Source of the DNA: Abditibacteriaceae bacterium
GTDB lineage: Bacteria > Armatimonadota > Abditibacteriia > Abditibacteriales > Abditibacteriaceae
Direction of reading: 5' to 3'
NCBI GenBank assembly: GCA_031425655.1
Contig: JANPJS010000235.1
Span: 1 to 35,876, forward strand
Length of the DNA stretch: 35,876 nt
Position numbers and translations under genes: made by a program. Numbering within the stretch: position 1 is the first letter of the stretch; each line of letters starts with the position of its first letter. This document shows positions 1-9,387 of the stretch, piece after piece. The notes beneath the pieces are model-generated. The model saw nothing but the letters and a program-made list of their open reading frames with translations. It searched no databases and was not told where the DNA came from.

Positions 1-80
1 CGCGCAGGCGGACTTTGTAAGCATAGCGCCCCATTTTAATGGGGTGAGCACAGGCGAAATTCCTTAAGTTGATGCGTATG
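1..80. repeat. Right end of a REP-carrying MITE-like element (same family as 30974-31149), truncated by the window edge
   Basis: 1-46 matches 31070-31115 at 40/46 nt. After a 16-nt spacer of the same length, 63-80 (CTTAAGTTGATGCGTATG) matches the right TIR at 31132-31149 at 14/18 nt. Confidence 0.7.
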
Positions 81-122
81 GGGCAGGTAAATCCGTGTCC
101 CATTGAAATTATCGCGGGCCAA

Positions 123-167
123 TCAACTTACCTGAATCAAGCTCAATTTGCCGCCTCAGAAGCGGCG
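123..167 (-). pseudogene. Orphan duplicated 3' tail of recG
   Basis: 38/45 nt identical to 668-712. Translates RRF*GGKLSLIQVS* versus RecG RRFWGDKLSLIQVS*. Confidence 0.85.
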
Positions 168-177
168 GAACAGCATT

Positions 178-438
178 CTAACGCGGTTCATCCGGCGGAT
201 GCGGCGGAGGCAGGCGACGCTCGAATTTTAGCAGTTCGTTTTCGAGTTTCAGCAAAAGTTTTTCGTGTTCGTGGCGCCAATGGTCGCGGTCGCGCTCGAT
301 GGCGAAAAGAAAATGCTCCAACGCACGCGCTTGCTCATCCTGGCGCTGGCGCATCCTTTCAACTTCCTGGCGCAATTCAGAGACTTCTTGAGCCATCGTG
401 AATTGGCCTTTGAACCAGTCCAGCAATTGTTTCCACAT
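178..438 (-). CDS. Small hypothetical coiled-coil protein (86 aa)
   Basis: ORF track. Helical, E/R/L-rich; GGTG SD-like motif upstream; starts 3 nt after the stop of the upstream ORF. Confidence 0.65.
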   Translation of the reverse strand: MWKQLLDWFKGQFTMAQEVSELRQEVERMRQRQDEQARALEHFLFAIERDRDHWRHEHEKLLLKLENELLKFERRLPPPHPPDEPR

Positions 439-441
439 AAG

Positions 442-648
442 TCACCTTGCGCTTTGCAGTCGTGCGATGCCTTCATGCACTCGCGCCATTGTTGCATCAA
501 TGCGAGCATCAAGGCGCCGGCCTTCTTCGCGTTCACGCTTCATTTGAGTGAATAAGCGTTCGATTTCAATTTTCATGCGCTCGACTTCGGCTTTAGCCTG
601 CTCTTCAGTCATGTCGTCGGAATCAAAAGTCAGATTTTCGTTCATCAC
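442..648 (-). CDS. Small hypothetical coiled-coil protein (~68 aa)
   Basis: ORF track. GAGGTG SD right after the recG stop; heptad-like E/K/R-rich sequence. Confidence 0.65.
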   Translation of the reverse strand: MMNENLTFDSDDMTEEQAKAEVERMKIEIERLFTQMKREREEGRRLDARIDATMARVHEGIARLQSAR

Positions 649-667
649 GCCACCTCTAATGCTTATT

Positions 668-3175
668 TTAACTCACTTGAATCAAACTCAATTTATCGCC
701 CCAGAAGCGGCGCAGGGCGCGTTTTAAAGCGTCTTTTTCGTCTTCTAAATGCGGGTCGGACTGGACTAATTGAAAAGCAGCTTCGCGTGCTTGCTGGATG
801 ATTTCCACGTCTGAAATGATGTTGGCAAGGCGAAAATCGGGCATCCCGGATTGGCGCGTGCCGTAGAATTCGCCCGGCCCGCGCAATTGCAAATCGTGTT
901 CGGCGATCTCGAAGCCGTTTTGCGTTTTTACCATGACGCCGAGACGCGCTTTGCCTTCGTCGGTGCGCGGGTCACCCATCAGCACGCAAAACGATTTATG
1001 CACGCCGCGCCCGACGCGACCTCGCAATTGGTGCAATTGCGAAAGCCCGAAACGCTCGGCGTCTTCGATGAGCATAATCGTCGCGTTCGCCACGTCCACG
1101 CCGACTTCGATAACCGTTGTAGACACCAAAACGTCGTGCATTCCGGCGCGGAATAATTCCATTTGCTCGTCGCGTTCGATGACGTTCATCTGGCCGTGAA
1201 CCAGGCCGACACGCAAGTCGTGCAACTCTTCAGCGCGCAGGCGCTCGGCTAAAGCCGTCGCGGCTTTAAGATGCGCGATGGTTTCCGATTCCGATTGTTC
1301 GACAAGCGGGCAAACCACATAAGCCTGTCGCCCGCCTTTGACTTCGTCGCGCACCATTTTATAAGCGCGTTCGCGCGAATTTGGCTTGATGAGAACCGTT
1401 TTAATCGGCTGGCGGCCCGGCGGCAGTTCGTCTAAAACGCTCACGTCTAAATCGCCGTAAATCGTGAGCGCCATCGTGCGCGGAATCGGCGTGGCGGTCA
1501 TCACTAAAACGTCGGGACGCAGGCCGGCGATGCCTTTTTGCTGCAAAGCCGCGCGCTGCATCACGCCGAAACGATGCTGCTCGTCAATCACGCAAATGCC
1601 CAATTTGTTGAACTCGATGCCTTCCTGAATCAGCGCGTGCGTGCCGACGACAATCGAAACGCGACCTTCGCTCAAATCGGCTTGAATCCGCCGCTTGTTT
1701 TTGGCCTTGATACTGCCTTCGAGCAACGCCACCTCAATTCCCATCGGCTTGAACAAACGCGTCAGCACCGAAAAATGCTGCTCGGCTAAAATTTCCGTCG
1801 GCGCCAAAAGCGCGCCCTGATGGCCCGTTTGATGCGCCGTCCATAATGCGTAAGCGGCGACCATCGTTTTGCCGCTGCCGACATCGCCGTGCAGCAATCG
1901 GTTCATCGGACGCGGCGATTTTAAATCTTTGCGGACTTCGTTCATCACGCGCTTTTGCGCGCCGGTCAGCTTGAACGGTAGAAACTTCAAAAACTGCTTG
2001 ATTTTCTCGTCTTCGACGATGTGACGCAGCCCTATTTCTTCGGTGTGCGCGTTGATTTTCTTTTGCGCTAAAGCCACTTGCAAAAGGAACAATTCTTCAA
2101 AAACCAAGCGTTCGCGCGCGGCTTTTTGTTGTTCCCAACTGTCGGGAAAGTGAATCTGGCGCAGCGCCGTTTCGAGGCCGGGAAAGTTGTAATGCGCGAG
2201 AATCGAGTCGGGCAGCATTTCTTCCAAGTTTTCGCCGCACATTTCCAGCGCGTGATGAATCGCGCGGCGAATCGGGCCTTGATTCAAGCCTTCGGTCATC
2301 GGATAAATCGGCACGATGCGCCCGACTTGTAGCGTATCGTTTTCGCCTAAAATCTCAAATTCCGGCGCGTCAATTTGCAAAAGCCCGTTGAATTCGCCGA
2401 TTTTGCCATAAACGAATAATTGCATTCCCGGCTGAAACTGCTTTTCCCGATAAGGCTGATTCCACCATTGCAAATCGGCGCGACCTGAATCGTCGCCGAC
2501 GCGCACGCGCGTGATTTTGCGCCCGCTCATGCGCCCGCCCATGACTTTGGTTTGCGGCGGATACAAAACCGTCACCATGACCGCTTCTTTAGCGCCGACT
2601 TCGACCGAGGCCAGTTCTTTCACCACGCGCCGGTCTTCGTAGCGCATCGGAAAGTAATAAAGCAGATCGTAAACGCTTCGCAGTCCGAGCTTTTCCAACA
2701 GTTTGGCGCGGTTGGGGCCGATGCCTTTGAGATAAGTCAGTTCGGTGGAAAGATCAGGGCGAAAGTTCTTTTTAGGGGCTGGAGGCTGGGGACTGGGGGC
2801 TGGGAATTCGTTGCCGGTTGTCGGTTGCTGGCTACTCAATGCTGATTGCTCGATGCTGGTTGCCGGTTGCGTCTCGCCGTTTCCCAGCCCCCAGCCTCCA
2901 GCCTCCAGCCCCTCTAAAAGCCGCTGCGAATCGGCCACGATTTTCGCGCGCAGGGCGGCGTCGGCATCGACGTAGCGCCTCCACAAATCGCGCAAGCGTT
3001 GCAGCGAAAATTCGGCGTCCTGCGGCAATTCGCCAAGTTGAATCAGTTCGAGGGCGCGCTGTGTTTGCGCCAAAATGTGCGCGTCCAAGCCGCCAATCGC
3101 ACCGGCGTTGGCGTAATCGGATTGGATTTCCGCCGGCAGAGGACGGCGGATTTTGTCGAGGATTTCGTGGAGCAT
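668..3175 (-). CDS. recG: ATP-dependent DNA helicase RecG with N-terminal extension
   Basis: LKGIGP/DLLYYFPMRYED wedge region, MNRLLHGDVGSGKT (Walker A), DEQHRFGV, MTATPIPRT, QLHQLRGRVGRG, GFEIAEHDLQLRGPGE. Confidence 0.97.
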   Translation of the reverse strand: MLHEILDKIRRPLPAEIQSDYANAGAIGGLDAHILAQTQRALELIQLGELPQDAEFSLQRLRDLWRRYVDADAALRAKIVADSQRLLEGLEAGGWGLGNGETQPATSIEQSALSSQQPTTGNEFPAPSPQPPAPKKNFRPDLSTELTYLKGIGPNRAKLLEKLGLRSVYDLLYYFPMRYEDRRVVKELASVEVGAKEAVMVTVLYPPQTKVMGGRMSGRKITRVRVGDDSGRADLQWWNQPYREKQFQPGMQLFVYGKIGEFNGLLQIDAPEFEILGENDTLQVGRIVPIYPMTEGLNQGPIRRAIHHALEMCGENLEEMLPDSILAHYNFPGLETALRQIHFPDSWEQQKAARERLVFEELFLLQVALAQKKINAHTEEIGLRHIVEDEKIKQFLKFLPFKLTGAQKRVMNEVRKDLKSPRPMNRLLHGDVGSGKTMVAAYALWTAHQTGHQGALLAPTEILAEQHFSVLTRLFKPMGIEVALLEGSIKAKNKRRIQADLSEGRVSIVVGTHALIQEGIEFNKLGICVIDEQHRFGVMQRAALQQKGIAGLRPDVLVMTATPIPRTMALTIYGDLDVSVLDELPPGRQPIKTVLIKPNSRERAYKMVRDEVKGGRQAYVVCPLVEQSESETIAHLKAATALAERLRAEELHDLRVGLVHGQMNVIERDEQMELFRAGMHDVLVSTTVIEVGVDVANATIMLIEDAERFGLSQLHQLRGRVGRGVHKSFCVLMGDPRTDEGKARLGVMVKTQNGFEIAEHDLQLRGPGEFYGTRQSGMPDFRLANIISDVEIIQQAREAAFQLVQSDPHLEDEKDALKRALRRFWGDKLSLIQVS
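2774..2913. repeat. Heptamer-based inverted repeat embedded in frame in recG
   Basis: Arms 2774-2806 and 2881-2913 are 31/33 complementary (GGGGCTG/GAGGCTG units). The loop holds further GTTGCCG-like heptamers. Confidence 0.85.
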
Positions 3176-3185
3176 GAGAACCGCA

Positions 3186-3255
3186 GAATATCGAACAAGG
3201 AATGTCGAATGACGAAATTTTCATCGTTCGACATTCTTTGTTCGATATTCGATAT
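3186..3255. repeat. Intergenic hairpin of GAATATC/GAATGTC-like heptamers
   Basis: GAATATCGAACAAGGAATGTCGAA...TTCGACATTCTTTGTTCGATATTC fills the MscS-recG spacer. Confidence 0.85.
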
Positions 3256-3894
3256 TTAGCGAACGCGGCGCGGCATTTCCTGTCCCATGACATCTTGCGG
3301 CGGCGCTTCCTCGCGGCGGCGGTGCATCACCACGTGGCGGATTTCGCGGTTGGCGATGTTGTGCATTTTGCCTTCGCTATCGCGCAGCCACACGCCGCGC
3401 GGTGAAAATCGTTCGACCGCGCCTTGAACCGTTCCTCGCTGTGAATCAATTTCCAGCATATCGCCGACGGCAATCGCGTCCTCCGAGAGCAGCGAATAGC
3501 CTTGCACGGCATCTTGAATCATGCTCATGGCGCCGACGCCGAAGACTAAAATCAGCGCGCCGACCACGATGGCAACCGGCAAAACCGGAATCGAAAACAT
3601 CGGCATCGAACGCTCGAAAATGCTCAGCACGGCGATCATTGCGCCGATGTAACACAGCGTGCGAATCAGAGTTTTGGGCGTTTGGCGCAAATAAGTGCGC
3701 CGTTTCACGCGCCAGCTTTGCTCGCGTCCGGCATCAAGCGTAATCAGCGGCGTTACCAAACCTTCGACTTTGCGCGAAAGCCACCACGCCAGTCCCTCGA
3801 ACAGCGCCGCGATGAAAATCACCTGCACCGCAAGGCTGATGAGATTTTGCAGTTGAAAACTGTTTTTGAGCAGCGTTTGAAAATCGTAGTTCAT
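3256..3894 (-). CDS. Short MscS-family (mechanosensitive channel-like) membrane protein, 212 aa
   Basis: Three hydrophobic segments followed by an MscS beta-domain pattern (IQDAVQG...EDAIAVGDMLEI...GAVERFSPRGVWLRDSEGKMHNIANREI). Start reassigned to ATG 3894 because the longer ORF translates the upstream repeat. Confidence 0.75.
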   Translation of the reverse strand: MNYDFQTLLKNSFQLQNLISLAVQVIFIAALFEGLAWWLSRKVEGLVTPLITLDAGREQSWRVKRRTYLRQTPKTLIRTLCYIGAMIAVLSIFERSMPMFSIPVLPVAIVVGALILVFGVGAMSMIQDAVQGYSLLSEDAIAVGDMLEIDSQRGTVQGAVERFSPRGVWLRDSEGKMHNIANREIRHVVMHRRREEAPPQDVMGQEMPRRVR

Positions 3895-4033
3895 GGTGGT
3901 TGGTTGGGTTGTTGGTTGGGTGGTTGGGTGGTTGGGTGGTTCGGTGGTTCGGTGGTTGGGTGGTTCGGTGGTTCGGTGGTTCGGTGGTTTTGCGTTCTCA
4001 ACCACCCAACTACCTAACAACCCAACTACCTAA
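3895..4033. repeat. Octamer tandem repeat hairpin (GGTGGTTG/GGTGGTTC versus CAACTACC)
   Basis: About 11 G-rich octamers, a short loop, then about 4 complementary C-rich units. Ends directly at the MscS ATG. Confidence 0.85.
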
Positions 4034-4041
4034 CGCCCCAC

Positions 4042-4632
4042 TCAATCCGTCGTGCCCGCGATGGTTAATTTGCCCTGCTCAATGTTCAATTCTTCAACTT
4101 TGAGCGGCGCTTCCGTCAATCCCTGACTGAGGCGCTGATTGATGTCGCTTTCGACTTTATCTTTGATTGCGCCCGGCGCCGGCAAATGGCTGATGCTCAG
4201 CGAATCGGCCTGAAAAGTCACTTTTCCGTTTTGCGCTTTGAGCGTGCCGCTGAGCGAAGCGGGCAGGCTGGTGCCTTTGTAATCTACGGTTCCGGTGACG
4301 TTGACTACGCCGGGCGAAAGCGTCGCTTGCACGTTGTGAATCGGCGCGTTGCCGGGTTTCAAGCGCTCTTGCAGCATGGTATTAAGCTGCTCTTCGCTAA
4401 CCGTGACGCGAAAACGCACGTTTTTCTTCTGTTTGGCCGCTTCGCCGATGCCTTTCGCTTCTTCTTCAAGCTTTTGCACGTCGGCGCGGCGCCGCTCCTG
4501 TTCTCCGGCGGGCAACTGCGATAATGGAACCGGGCCGGAGCGCGGGCGGAGAAAAAGCAGCAGCAAAAGGGCGCAAGTGCCAAGCGCGATGATGCCGAAC
4601 TTGGATATTTTACCGTCGCGGCGATGATTCAT
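4042..4632 (-). CDS. Membrane-anchored protein, LmeA/DUF2993-like (YpmS-like) fold
   Basis: N-terminal TM helix. VTVSEEQLNTML and LKVEELNIEQGKLTIAG motifs typical of this beta-rich family. Start uncertain. Confidence 0.55.
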   Translation of the reverse strand: MNHRRDGKISKFGIIALGTCALLLLLFLRPRSGPVPLSQLPAGEQERRRADVQKLEEEAKGIGEAAKQKKNVRFRVTVSEEQLNTMLQERLKPGNAPIHNVQATLSPGVVNVTGTVDYKGTSLPASLSGTLKAQNGKVTFQADSLSISHLPAPGAIKDKVESDINQRLSQGLTEAPLKVEELNIEQGKLTIAGTTD

Positions 4633-4731
4633 AAGATAAGGGGATTTTAGCAAATGTGCGTTCTATAAAGACTGTTTCTGGCCGCGAGAGAATCTACGCT
4701 CGTTCTTCGATTTGGTAAATACTGGCTTCTT

Positions 4732-5649
4732 GTGATGCGCGTTCCCGCAAATGTTCTCGTCGCTTTGTGGACTTCAACCCTTATGGCACCTTCTTTCGCC
4801 GAGCCTTTGCAGCGCCTCGTTGACGATGCCGCACAAAGCGTTTTGCAGCGCTTCGCCGATAAAGGTCTCAAGCCGGAAAATCTGGCGATTTCGCTGATTA
4901 ATTTGAGCGATCCTCAACGTCAAAGCTCCGCTCATTATCGCGGCGAAGCGCCGATTTATCCGGCCAGCGTCGTCAAGTTGTTTTATCTGGCCTGCGCGCA
5001 GCGTCAACTGCAAGACGGCATCTTGAAAGATTCGCCCGAACTGCAACGCGGTTTACGGGACATGATTGTGGAATCAAGCAACGACGCGACGGGCTATGTT
5101 CTCGATTGCATCACTGATACGGTCAGCGGCCCCGAACTTTCGCCGGACGAATTGAAAATGTGGGGCGAAAAGCGCAACGCCGTCAATCGCTTTTTTAGCG
5201 GCCTCGGTCATACCAATTTGAACGTCAACCAAAAGACGTGGAACGAAGGCCCGTATGGCCGCGAACGCCAATTTTTGGGGCCAAACTACGAAAACCGTAA
5301 CAAGCTCACAACCGACGCGACCGCGCAGTTGCTCGCTAAGATTGCCCTGAGCCAATGTGTTTCGCCGGAGCGCAGCCTTCAGATGATGGAATTGCTAAAG
5401 CGCGATTTAACCAGCAATAACGATTCGCAGTCCACCGATTTCAGTGGCATCGCGCTCAAAGAAATTCCCGGCGCCAAACTGTGGTCGAAAGCCGGTTGGA
5501 CAAGCACCGCGCGCCACGACGCGGCTTATATCGAAACGCCGGACGGCAAACGCTTTGTGCTGGTGGTTTTCACAACCGGCGTAGCCAACGAAAAAGATAT
5601 TATTCCATTTGTGGTGCGCGCGGTAGTTAAAGGATTGTCCGAAAATTGA
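4732..5649 (+). CDS. Serine hydrolase, class A beta-lactamase-like family
   Basis: YPASVVK (SxxK), ESSNDA (SDN-like), SKAGW...HDAA (KTG-like), signal-like N-terminus. Confidence 0.85.
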   Translation: MMRVPANVLVALWTSTLMAPSFAEPLQRLVDDAAQSVLQRFADKGLKPENLAISLINLSDPQRQSSAHYRGEAPIYPASVVKLFYLACAQRQLQDGILKDSPELQRGLRDMIVESSNDATGYVLDCITDTVSGPELSPDELKMWGEKRNAVNRFFSGLGHTNLNVNQKTWNEGPYGRERQFLGPNYENRNKLTTDATAQLLAKIALSQCVSPERSLQMMELLKRDLTSNNDSQSTDFSGIALKEIPGAKLWSKAGWTSTARHDAAYIETPDGKRFVLVVFTTGVANEKDIIPFVVRAVVKGLSEN

Positions 5650-5674
5650 AGCACGCCATTATTTGCCAGTATCG

Positions 5675-5709
5675 AAAAAGCAAAGGCCCGGCTGACTTCA
5701 GCCGGGCCT
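5675..5709 (-). terminator. Intrinsic terminator hairpin, probably the original pyr operon terminator (may act bidirectionally)
   Basis: AGGCCCGGCTGA-CT-TCAGCCGGGCCT stem followed by a T-rich tract on the minus strand, 5 nt after the orphan carB stop. Confidence 0.75.
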
Positions 5710-5714
5710 CTTCG

Positions 5715-5811
5715 TTATTCGCTTTCGCTTTCGTAGCACGAATAATAATACGGCGTTTGTGCCTCGAATTCGCCGGCGCAGGTGTCCACCATTTTGTAAA
5801 CCGGCGCGATG
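5715..5811 (-). pseudogene. Orphan duplicated 3' tail of carB
   Basis: 87/97 nt identical to 7736-7832. Encodes [31 protein letters not shown] versus ...YEKESE*. Confidence 0.95.
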
Positions 5812-5844
5812 CAAGATTACTTACTGCGGGCCTGCCAACAATAT

Positions 5845-6507
5845 TTAAACAGTGCCTTCACTCAATAGAGCTTGAGCTTTATACAACCTATCATTACCTG
5901 CGTTGAATTCGTATTTCAAGTCAACCAACAAACCGTGCAAAGTGTAGATATGCCAACTCACAGGACGAAAGGCCAGAGTAGCACCGCGATCTCGCTGTGA
6001 ATCGCGTTCTAACTCAAAAGCGATGAGCAAATGATGTCCGTCGCGGGTGATCTTGGAATCTGCAGAAGGCGAAAGGAAAAACGAGCGATTCGTTGAAGTT
6101 CTACTTTTTGCGCTATAGGTTTTGCATTCCAGATAACACGTTTTCTCTTGGTCATAAACCACTTCAACGTCAGGATAGCCGGTGCTCTTACCTTTACCGC
6201 TTTTGGTTTTGGGCTTTGCAGCCTTTAAACCAGAATCGATTAAGGCTTGAAGCACAAAAGGCTCAATGGCGTTTCCCGCTTCGTTGGGGCGTCCGGCGTA
6301 AATGCCGATTTCATTGGCTGTGTGGGCAGCTTTATCTATCGCTTGCTCTAATTGCTGCAAAAGCGTGGCATCTGCCAGATTATTTTTGTCGAAACGAACA
6401 ACTTCATGCCCAGACAAAGCTTTAATGATGACCGCGAACGGCTGATTCTTAATGGGACGCAGAAATTCACGCACCATCGTTTCCAACTGCACTTTCTCTT
6501 GATCCAT
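5845..6507 (-). CDS. Putative type II restriction endonuclease (PD-(D/E)xK)
   Basis: GYPDVEV...YLECKT catalytic motif; 2 nt downstream of a DNA MTase; lower GC than flanks. Confidence 0.7.
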   Translation of the reverse strand: MDQEKVQLETMVREFLRPIKNQPFAVIIKALSGHEVVRFDKNNLADATLLQQLEQAIDKAAHTANEIGIYAGRPNEAGNAIEPFVLQALIDSGLKAAKPKTKSGKGKSTGYPDVEVVYDQEKTCYLECKTYSAKSRTSTNRSFFLSPSADSKITRDGHHLLIAFELERDSQRDRGATLAFRPVSWHIYTLHGLLVDLKYEFNAGNDRLYKAQALLSEGTV

Positions 6508-6509
6508 TT

Positions 6510-7739
6510 TTACCCTTTGCGAAAAACCATGATGCTCTCGCTTTGCATGATGTTGTAAAGACCAAAAATGGTCTTTTCAATTTGGCGAATGGGAGTTAGT
6601 CCCAATTTTCGGCAAGCTGCGTCGGCAAATTTCACGGTCGGCACTTCACAGGTTTGATAAACCGCGTTGCCTAAAATCAAAACGCAGTGCCCGCCGGGTT
6701 TCAAAACGCGCTCAATCTCCGACAACACCTGCAACATATCCTCATTAAAAAGTTGAATGCGTTCTTTTGGAGCACCACGTAAGCCGATAAAAGAAGACCG
6801 AGCCTCGTCCAAGTTACAGCCCAGCACCGAAAGTGCGTGCGCGTCGTTGGCAATATAATCCAGTGCGATGGAATAAGGTGGTGATGTAATAACCGCGTCT
6901 ACAGAATGGTTTTTCAGAGGCAAAGCACGCGCATCATCTTGAGAAATCTGTGCCGTCTTAGTTTGCAAACCAAGTTCTGCGCTTACCTCCGCATAATCTT
7001 TAGCTGAAGCTATCATGGCTTCCACATTGCGCGCAAAAGAGGCAACAAAGTCGCGGCCCCGCCGCGCCTTATCGCTGTGAGAAAGAAGTTCGGCTACCTG
7101 AAAAAAATCGCGTGCTGCGACATCGGGAATCCGACTGATAACCTCGTTCAACGTGCCCGTTTTTGAAGCATGAAACAGCGACGGCTCAACAGCCGTAACT
7201 ACCTCTTCTTTAACCGCCTCAATAGCTGGCAGCGCGGTATGCGATTGTGTTTTGACGCGGCCAAGCAGCGTGCAAACTGGTGAAATATCAAAACCAATGA
7301 AATCAGCGCCAATCAATTGAGTTTCCAGAGCAGCCGTGCCACTGCCCATGAACGGGTCTAAAACAGTATGTTCTGGCTTCACCCCAATTATATTGAGCAA
7401 GGCGCGAATCATTTGCGGGTGGAATTTGCCTTTGTAGGGATAAATCCAGTGTGTTAAAAATTGGTTGGGTGAGCGCGTGCGGTTGCGCGCAGTCAAAATT
7501 GCATAGTCGCTGCGCTCTCCATTTACCTTCGCAAAATAAGCGGTGCGTTGTCTCAGCAACAGTTCCTTCGAGCGACCGGATTCGACATCGTCAAAAGAAA
7601 AGTGGCGCAAATCCCCGTTGGTCTCGTAGCCGCCACACAATGTTTGTAATTCCCATTGCGCTAACTCCAACTCATAAATAAATTGCGTGTGACGGAAAAG
7701 TTCCGCTTCTTTACAAACAGAACGTGTTACTGCTGTCAT
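6510..7739 (-). CDS. Amino (probably N4-cytosine) DNA methyltransferase
   Basis: [20 protein letters not shown] (motif I), ITSPPY (motif IV, SPPY typical of m4C MTases), RVLKPGG. ATG overlaps the carB stop (ATGA). Confidence 0.85.
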   Translation of the reverse strand: MTAVTRSVCKEAELFRHTQFIYELELAQWELQTLCGGYETNGDLRHFSFDDVESGRSKELLLRQRTAYFAKVNGERSDYAILTARNRTRSPNQFLTHWIYPYKGKFHPQMIRALLNIIGVKPEHTVLDPFMGSGTAALETQLIGADFIGFDISPVCTLLGRVKTQSHTALPAIEAVKEEVVTAVEPSLFHASKTGTLNEVISRIPDVAARDFFQVAELLSHSDKARRGRDFVASFARNVEAMIASAKDYAEVSAELGLQTKTAQISQDDARALPLKNHSVDAVITSPPYSIALDYIANDAHALSVLGCNLDEARSSFIGLRGAPKERIQLFNEDMLQVLSEIERVLKPGGHCVLILGNAVYQTCEVPTVKFADAACRKLGLTPIRQIEKTIFGLYNIMQSESIMVFRKG

Positions 7740-9382
7740 TCACTTTCCTTTTCGTAGCACGAATAATAATAGGGCGTCTGCGCCTCGAATTCCCCCGCAC
7801 AGGTGTCCACCATTTTGTAAACCGGCGCGATGTTCCACGCTTTGCGCCGTTCGCGGATGGCATTTTCCCCAACGCCCATCAACTCGGCCAAATTGCGGTC
7901 GCTGAAGCCGTTTTTCTTGGCGTTGAGCAAGGTTTCTTTGGTCAAATCGTCGAACGGCTTGCCGCGCAGACTGGTTTCCAGCGCGACGAGCTTTTCAAGC
8001 TTGTGCAGAAACCAGCGATCCACGCGCGTCAGATCATGAATTTCGTCCAACATCATGCCGCGCCGCAGCGCTTCGGTGATTACAAAAAGGCGCTCGTCGG
8101 TGGGAGTTCGCAGCTTTTCTTCGATTTCCATTTCCGACAGGCGGCTCAAACCTTTGCCGCGCAAGCCGTAAACGCCGATTTCGAGCGAGCGAATCGCTTT
8201 CATCAAAGCGCCCTCGAAGCTGCGGTCAATGCTCATTACTTCGCCGGTCGCTTTCATTTGCGTAGTAATGCGCCGGTCGCTGCCGCCGAATTTATCGAAG
8301 GGCCAGCGCGGAATCTTAACTACGCAATAATCCAAAGCCGGCTCGAAACAAGCCAGCGTTTTTTTCGTGACGGCGTTGGGGATTTCGTCGAGATGCAAGC
8401 CAATAGCGATTTTGGCCGACACGCGCGCAATCGGATAGCCCGTCGCTTTGGAAGCCAGCGCCGAGCTGCGACTCACGCGCGGATTGACTTCGATGACGTA
8501 ATAGCGGCTCGAATGCGGGTCAAGCGCAAGCTGCACATTGCAGCCGCCTTCAATGCCCAACTCGCGGATGATCTCCAAGCTCGCGGTGCGTAGCATTTGA
8601 TATTCTTTGTCCGAAAGCGTTTGCGAGGGCGCGACCACGATGGAATCGCCGGTGTGAACGCCCATCGGATCGAAGTTTTCCATGTTGCAAATGGTGATCG
8701 CGGTGTCGTTGGCATCGCGCATCACTTCGTATTCGACTTCTTTCCAGCCGCGCAAATAACGCTCAAGCAGAATCTGGTGAATCATCGAGCGGTCAATGCC
8801 ACTGCGCACAAATTGCTCGAATTGCGCGTCGTTCCACGCGATGCCGCCGCCGGTTCCGCCCAATGTATACGCCGGGCGAATAATCAGCGGATAGCCGATT
8901 TCGTCGCGGAAAGTGCGCGCTTGTTCGGCGGTTTCGCAAATGGCGCTTTCGGGCACCGGCTGGCCGATGGCGATCATCGTTTCCTTGAACAAATCGCGGT
9001 CTTCGGCCTTTTTGATGGATTGCAGCGGCGTGCCGAGCAGCGTCACGTTGTATTTGTCCAAAATGCCCGCTTCGGCTAATTGATAGGCCATATTAAGCCC
9101 GGTTTGCCCGCCCAGCGACGGCAAAAGCCCGTCGGGGCGTTCGCGCGCGATGACTTGCTCAATGAAGCCGACCGTCAGCGGTTCGATGTAAACCGCGTCG
9201 GCGGTTTCGGCATCGGTCATAATCGTGGCCGGATTCGAGTTGACGAGCACAACCGACACGCCTTCCTCGCGCAACGAAGCGCAAGCCTGCGTGCCGGCGT
9301 AATCAAACTCGGCGGCCTGTCCGATGACAATCGGCCCGGAGCCGATGACCATCACTTTTTTGATGTTGGGATTTTTAGGCAT
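7736..9382 (-). CDS. carB: Carbamoyl-phosphate synthase large subunit, N-terminal half only (548 aa, split CarB)
   Basis: [63 protein letters not shown], ending [23 protein letters not shown]. No second ATP-grasp or MGS domain. Confidence 0.93.
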   Translation of the reverse strand: MPKNPNIKKVMVIGSGPIVIGQAAEFDYAGTQACASLREEGVSVVLVNSNPATIMTDAETADAVYIEPLTVGFIEQVIARERPDGLLPSLGGQTGLNMAYQLAEAGILDKYNVTLLGTPLQSIKKAEDRDLFKETMIAIGQPVPESAICETAEQARTFRDEIGYPLIIRPAYTLGGTGGGIAWNDAQFEQFVRSGIDRSMIHQILLERYLRGWKEVEYEVMRDANDTAITICNMENFDPMGVHTGDSIVVAPSQTLSDKEYQMLRTASLEIIRELGIEGGCNVQLALDPHSSRYYVIEVNPRVSRSSALASKATGYPIARVSAKIAIGLHLDEIPNAVTKKTLACFEPALDYCVVKIPRWPFDKFGGSDRRITTQMKATGEVMSIDRSFEGALMKAIRSLEIGVYGLRGKGLSRLSEMEIEEKLRTPTDERLFVITEALRRGMMLDEIHDLTRVDRWFLHKLEKLVALETSLRGKPFDDLTKETLLNAKKNGFSDRNLAELMGVGENAIRERRKAWNIAPVYKMVDTCAGEFEAQTPYYYSCYEKESE

Positions 9383-9387
9383 GGGTG

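Noticed and set aside
3895..4020. Repeat-rich N-terminal extensions in the ORF track (MscS, carA, purK, AraC, transglutaminase, pyrR, slipin)
   Set aside because: They translate intergenic hairpins or leader RNAs; family-typical N-termini begin at downstream ATGs.
4732..5649. Antibiotic-resistance beta-lactamase
   Set aside because: Motifs (SSN, KAG) fit the broad class A-like serine hydrolase family; resistance activity cannot be supported from sequence.
5646..5906. Plus-strand ORF resembling ORF 7724-8593
   Set aside because: The similarity is just the antisense reading of the duplicated carB tail; both are shadow ORFs.
7736..9382. carB as a pseudogene broken by the RM insertion
   Set aside because: Both tail copies stop at the same codon, no C-terminal-half remnant follows the orphan, and catalytic motifs are intact.
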